Source: Parcubacteria group bacterium
GTDB taxonomy: Bacteria; Patescibacteriota; Minisyncoccia; Moranbacterales; GCA-2747515
Length of the DNA stretch: 64,000 nucleotides
Direction: 5' to 3'
Assembly (NCBI GenBank): GCA_041660065.1
Contig: JBAZXC010000004.1
Coordinates: 10,098-74,097 of the forward strand
How positions within the stretch are numbered: the first letter of the stretch is position 1; each line of letters begins with the position of its first letter. The translations under genes were made by a program, and so were the position numbers. This document shows, in pieces, positions 61,128 to 64,000 of this stretch. Below the pieces are notes generated by a model, which worked only from the letters and a program-made list of their open reading frames with translations, searched no databases and had not been told where the DNA came from.

Positions 61128-61598
61128 ATGACAATCCTAAAAAAATCATATTTGAAGAACAAGGATGAAGATCTGATTCATCTTCGAGCAATAAAATTTG
61201 GGATGAATTTTCCTAATGGTTTTATGTATGAACATTTTAAGAAGCGATACGAAACACATAGAGTGAATGATTGGAAAATTGTTGATGAATTTTTGCAAGA
61301 AGCATATAATAATAAAAATGGAACTTCTAACCGAATCACTCCATTTGTTTTGCTTGAGAGAGGGCCAAATGGGAACGCAGATACTTCAAAATATATATTG
61401 AGTTATGAGGCATATTTTAATTATTTGGCATATCGAAATGCAAAGAGGACTATTTGGATTGGTGTCGGAGCAATAATAGTTAGCGTAGTATTGTCTTTAT
61501 TAACTTTTATTGATAATACATATGAAGACAACAATAATAAAAAAGATGAAAGATATCACTATCAAAATATTTTCAGAGGCTCGCAAAATTGCAAATGA
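61128..61598 (+). CDS. hypothetical protein with C-terminal TM
   Basis: 156-aa ORF; YILSYEAYFNY then a TM segment. Confidence 0.6.
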   Translation: MTILKKSYLKNKDEDLIHLRAIKFGMNFPNGFMYEHFKKRYETHRVNDWKIVDEFLQEAYNNKNGTSNRITPFVLLERGPNGNADTSKYILSYEAYFNYLAYRNAKRTIWIGVGAIIVSVVLSLLTFIDNTYEDNNNKKDERYHYQNIFRGSQNCK

Positions 61599-61656
61599 AA
61601 AAATGAATCAAATATAGTGTTATTAATTAGAAATTTGACAGAAAATATCGTTTGTT

Positions 61657-61736
61657 ATCAAAAAAGTTCCAACATCGTCCCACACTCCCCGCACAGATTT
61701 TAAGTCCAAGATAATGGGACTTTTTGATGGGGAAGT
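61657..61736. repeat. cassette-boundary palindrome R5
   Basis: TATCAAAAAAGTTCCAACATCGTCCCACACTCCCCGC-hairpin-TTTTTGATGGGGAAGT. Confidence 0.8.
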
Positions 61737-61793
61737 TTGTCATTTTTAAACAAGGTCATATAATGAATGCATAAACATAATAAGGCATGCATC

Positions 61794-62465
61794 ATGGATA
61801 AGGCAATAGAGAAAAAACCAACTGCACTAGATGTTAAACTAAAGAAAAAACTTGACTTACTTCGACGTTATTGGTTTGCATACAAGCGAGCGCATCATGC
61901 CCTTTTAGGGGAAATTGAAGAAAACCAAATACTCTTACAGTTTCATGAGTGTAGAAAATTTAATACTTGGCAATTAAATGAGGCATTATATAGATACGCT
62001 GAATCTTCGATAAGTGCTCTATTTTGGTTGTTTCCAGATATGAAATACAAGGATTATCCTTTTGTACACAAATTCTTGAGGAAGTGGCGTAATGGAAATC
62101 AGCATGATGAACGAACGGATTTTTTTCTAAATGATGGAGGTTTTCAATATAATAATAAGAGGCATGATTTACCCTTAGGGTATAATGTGCTTCCCGTTTT
62201 CAATCTAAATAAAGAACTAAAAAAAGTTGTGAAATCACAGTTTGGTTCGGATAAAATTGCAACGGATGCAACAGTGGTGGAATTGGTTAAAAATCATCAT
62301 ATATTTATGGTTAAAAAATTTAATGAATATGAAGCAAATCTAAATAAAGAATTGCCAAAGAAATATTTGCAATCAATTGTGCAGGAACACATGACGATGT
62401 ATGGGGGAGTGCATGATGAGTTTGTTTCGGAAGATGATTTTTGGAAAGGAGAAATTAATAAATAA
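61794..62465 (+). CDS. helical protein with HEPN-like RxxxxH motif
   Basis: FLRKWRNGNQH. Confidence 0.5.
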   Translation: MDKAIEKKPTALDVKLKKKLDLLRRYWFAYKRAHHALLGEIEENQILLQFHECRKFNTWQLNEALYRYAESSISALFWLFPDMKYKDYPFVHKFLRKWRNGNQHDERTDFFLNDGGFQYNNKRHDLPLGYNVLPVFNLNKELKKVVKSQFGSDKIATDATVVELVKNHHIFMVKKFNEYEANLNKELPKKYLQSIVQEHMTMYGGVHDEFVSEDDFWKGEINK

Positions 62466-62503
62466 TAATCATTTTACTTTTGATAAAATGATACTGTTTT
62501 ATT

Positions 62504-62627
62504 CATCAAAAAAGTTATAACATCATCCCACACTCTCCACCAGTTGCTTGCGAAGAAGATTTAGAACAGCTCGTTTTTACGGGCTGTTTTTGTATGGGGA
62601 GATAGAGATGTTGATTTTTTTGTGATA
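62504..62627. repeat. cassette-boundary palindrome R6
   Basis: CATCAAAAAAGTTATAACATCATCCCACACTCTCCACCA...GGGCTGTTTTTGTATGGGGAGATAGAGATGTTGATTTTTTTGTGATA. Confidence 0.8.
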
Positions 62628-62665
62628 CAGTTAAAATAATAGTTAATTTTATTAACGTAAACCAT

Positions 62666-63175
62666 ATGAAAAAAATAATATACTTTTTTATTGCTGGATT
62701 TATAATTGGACTGCTAATTTCTCCTGTAGCTGGAATGGCAAATAGCGTTACGAGGAACTTGATTTTGGGGATGGCTTCTGATGTAACTATTTTGGCAATG
62801 GCGGATAAAGTTAACGATAACAAAAATTCAGATGAGCAACTTAATACAAAGATATCGGATCTTCAATCTATTGTTGATAATCAGAAAACAGAACTTGCAA
62901 ATTGTCAGCAGCAAATAGATTTACAGAGTGCAAAAATAGAGGAATCAGATTTGAAAAACGAAGGAACGCAAATTAAAATAAATAATGAAGTCGAATGTAG
63001 AAAATTGTATTCAGATAATCAAGAATGTAACACGCCGTCTTTTAGGAGTGAATTAGATTTTAATAGAATGATTGAGTCATACAAAGAGGGAATGCCAGAT
63101 AAATGGAAATCTTATAGGGATGAAAAGCTTATTGTATTTAAAAAGTGTCAAGAAATTATTAAAGAATGCGGATAA
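62666..63175 (+). CDS. secreted/membrane-anchored coiled-coil protein
   Basis: N-terminal hydrophobic signal, heptad-rich middle, Cys-containing C-terminus. Confidence 0.65.
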   Translation: MKKIIYFFIAGFIIGLLISPVAGMANSVTRNLILGMASDVTILAMADKVNDNKNSDEQLNTKISDLQSIVDNQKTELANCQQQIDLQSAKIEESDLKNEGTQIKINNEVECRKLYSDNQECNTPSFRSELDFNRMIESYKEGMPDKWKSYRDEKLIVFKKCQEIIKECG

Positions 63176-63178
63176 TAA

Positions 63179-63295
63179 ACCAAAAAATCTCCACCATCGT
63201 CATGTATCATGCGATGCATGACGCAGTCTCACACTCCCCGCTAACAGAAAATCCTATTATCATGTAAATGACAATGGGATTTTTTGATTGGAGAT
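63179..63295. repeat. cassette-boundary repeat R7
   Basis: CAAAAAATCTCCACCATCGT[palindrome]CTCACACTCCCCGC followed by a near-copy of the terminator after tRNA-Ser(CGA). Confidence 0.75.
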
Positions 63296-63353
63296 GAATA
63301 TAATGGCTTTTTGTACTATACTTAGTCTAAGTAATATGTATAAAATATTGATT

Positions 63354-63521
63354 ATGGAAAAGATCAGGGTGGAACAACATGGATTCACTGCTTTTTCGTG
63401 GTTTGCCGGATGGCTTTTTACTATTGGATTTCTCCAGCTGACATTTTGGAAGGGCGTGTTGGCAATTTTGTTATGGCCATACTATATCGGCGTGGCGATC
63501 AGTCATGTGCTCGTTCAGTAA
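63354..63521 (+). CDS. small membrane protein
   Basis: MEKIRVEQHGF...WFAGWLFTIGFLQLTFWKGVLAILLWPYYIG. Confidence 0.65.
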   Translation: MEKIRVEQHGFTAFSWFAGWLFTIGFLQLTFWKGVLAILLWPYYIGVAISHVLVQ

Positions 63522-63666
63522 ATTTGTGCAAGATTATATACATTGCACATACATACTAAATTACAGAAAAAGCATCGTTCGCATGTAATAAAAAACTGCA
63601 CAACCTTGATAGGTGGTGCAGTTGGGAAGAGTGTCCTGGCAAAAGTCAGGTCATGCTATGACCGGA

Positions 63667-63849
63667 TCATTGTCCGTTCGAGACGTGGGATGGATGACCT
63701 TTTTGGTCTGGGGGATTCATTATTAGGTTTTTCATGTACAAACAGTTGATGCCCAGACCTCTTTTAACTGCAATCTCTTTGATTTCACAGTTTTTGCCAT
63801 CCGGGCAGGTTTCACATTTGTGGAGCGATTCTTTTTCAGTGGTTGTCAT
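63667..63849 (-). CDS. small Cys-containing protein
   Basis: GAGGAG RBS; CETCPDGKNC...C motif. Confidence 0.45.
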   Translation of the reverse strand: MTTTEKESLHKCETCPDGKNCEIKEIAVKRGLGINCLYMKNLIMNPPDQKGHPSHVSNGQ

Positions 63850-64000
63850 GTCGTCCTACTCCTCTTGTGGATTATTTTTAAAAAACATCAATACTGATGT
63901 ATGCATTTTGACGCTTTATGCTAACATAATTATTATTGGTCGTCAAAATTGTTGAAAACAGCACGTGCGAAATCATTTTATGGTATGCTGGTCATGGAGT

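Noticed and set aside
55933-63295. R1-R7 repeats as a CRISPR array
   Set aside because: The spacing is hundreds to thousands of bases and contains whole genes, the repeats are long and degenerate, and no cas genes are present.
55933-63295. Canonical integron (attC + intI)
   Set aside because: No tyrosine recombinase in the window, and the arms do not give strict RYYYAAC...GTTRRRY ends. They resemble tRNA 3' ends instead. IntegronFinder would be needed to exclude it formally.
52700-63521. Prophage or ICE integrated at tRNA-Ser
   Set aside because: No integrase, structural, replication or conjugation genes. The region is subdivided by internal repeats rather than bounded only by one att pair.
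1-64000. Alternative genetic code 25 (TGA=Gly) as in Gracilibacteria/Absconditabacteria
   Set aside because: Conserved genes are full length under code 11 and several end properly at TGA (e.g. nadE, M16 peptidase, htpX).

Overview
A 64-kb chromosomal window from a small-genome bacterium. The gene set and intergenic palindromes point to Patescibacteria/CPR, probably Parcubacteria (inference, not a database result). The standard genetic code is used. The first ~49 kb holds housekeeping genes (nadE, xth, trmB, engB, clpC, efp, rpsR-ssb-rpsF, uvrB, murE-like, lemA-htpX, pyk), cell-envelope genes and many REP-like palindromes. Several oddities sit among them: a GIY-YIG gene inside perfect 29-bp inverted repeats with an empty copy elsewhere, a secreted beta-barrel-like protein, three tandem Zn-ribbon/PilZ paralogs, a DGR-target-like gene with an adenine-depleted C-terminus, and a CoaD-CoaE-like fusion. 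From 49.4 kb to the end are two tRNA-Ser genes followed by an integron-like array of accessory gene cassettes. The cargo includes an ABC transporter, a divergent ProRS plus symporter, an amidohydrolase, an ATPase+STAS pair, a Zn protease, a TIR + membrane-effector cluster and a HEPN-like protein. The cassettes are separated by a conserved ~80-125-bp imperfect palindrome whose arms resemble the T-arm/acceptor 3' end of tRNA-Ser in both orientations. No integrase, transposase, reverse transcriptase or cas gene is visible. This tRNA-end-punctuated array is the best candidate for an undescribed system. Two genes (ssb and an inositol monophosphatase-family gene) are frameshifted, possibly by sequencing error.
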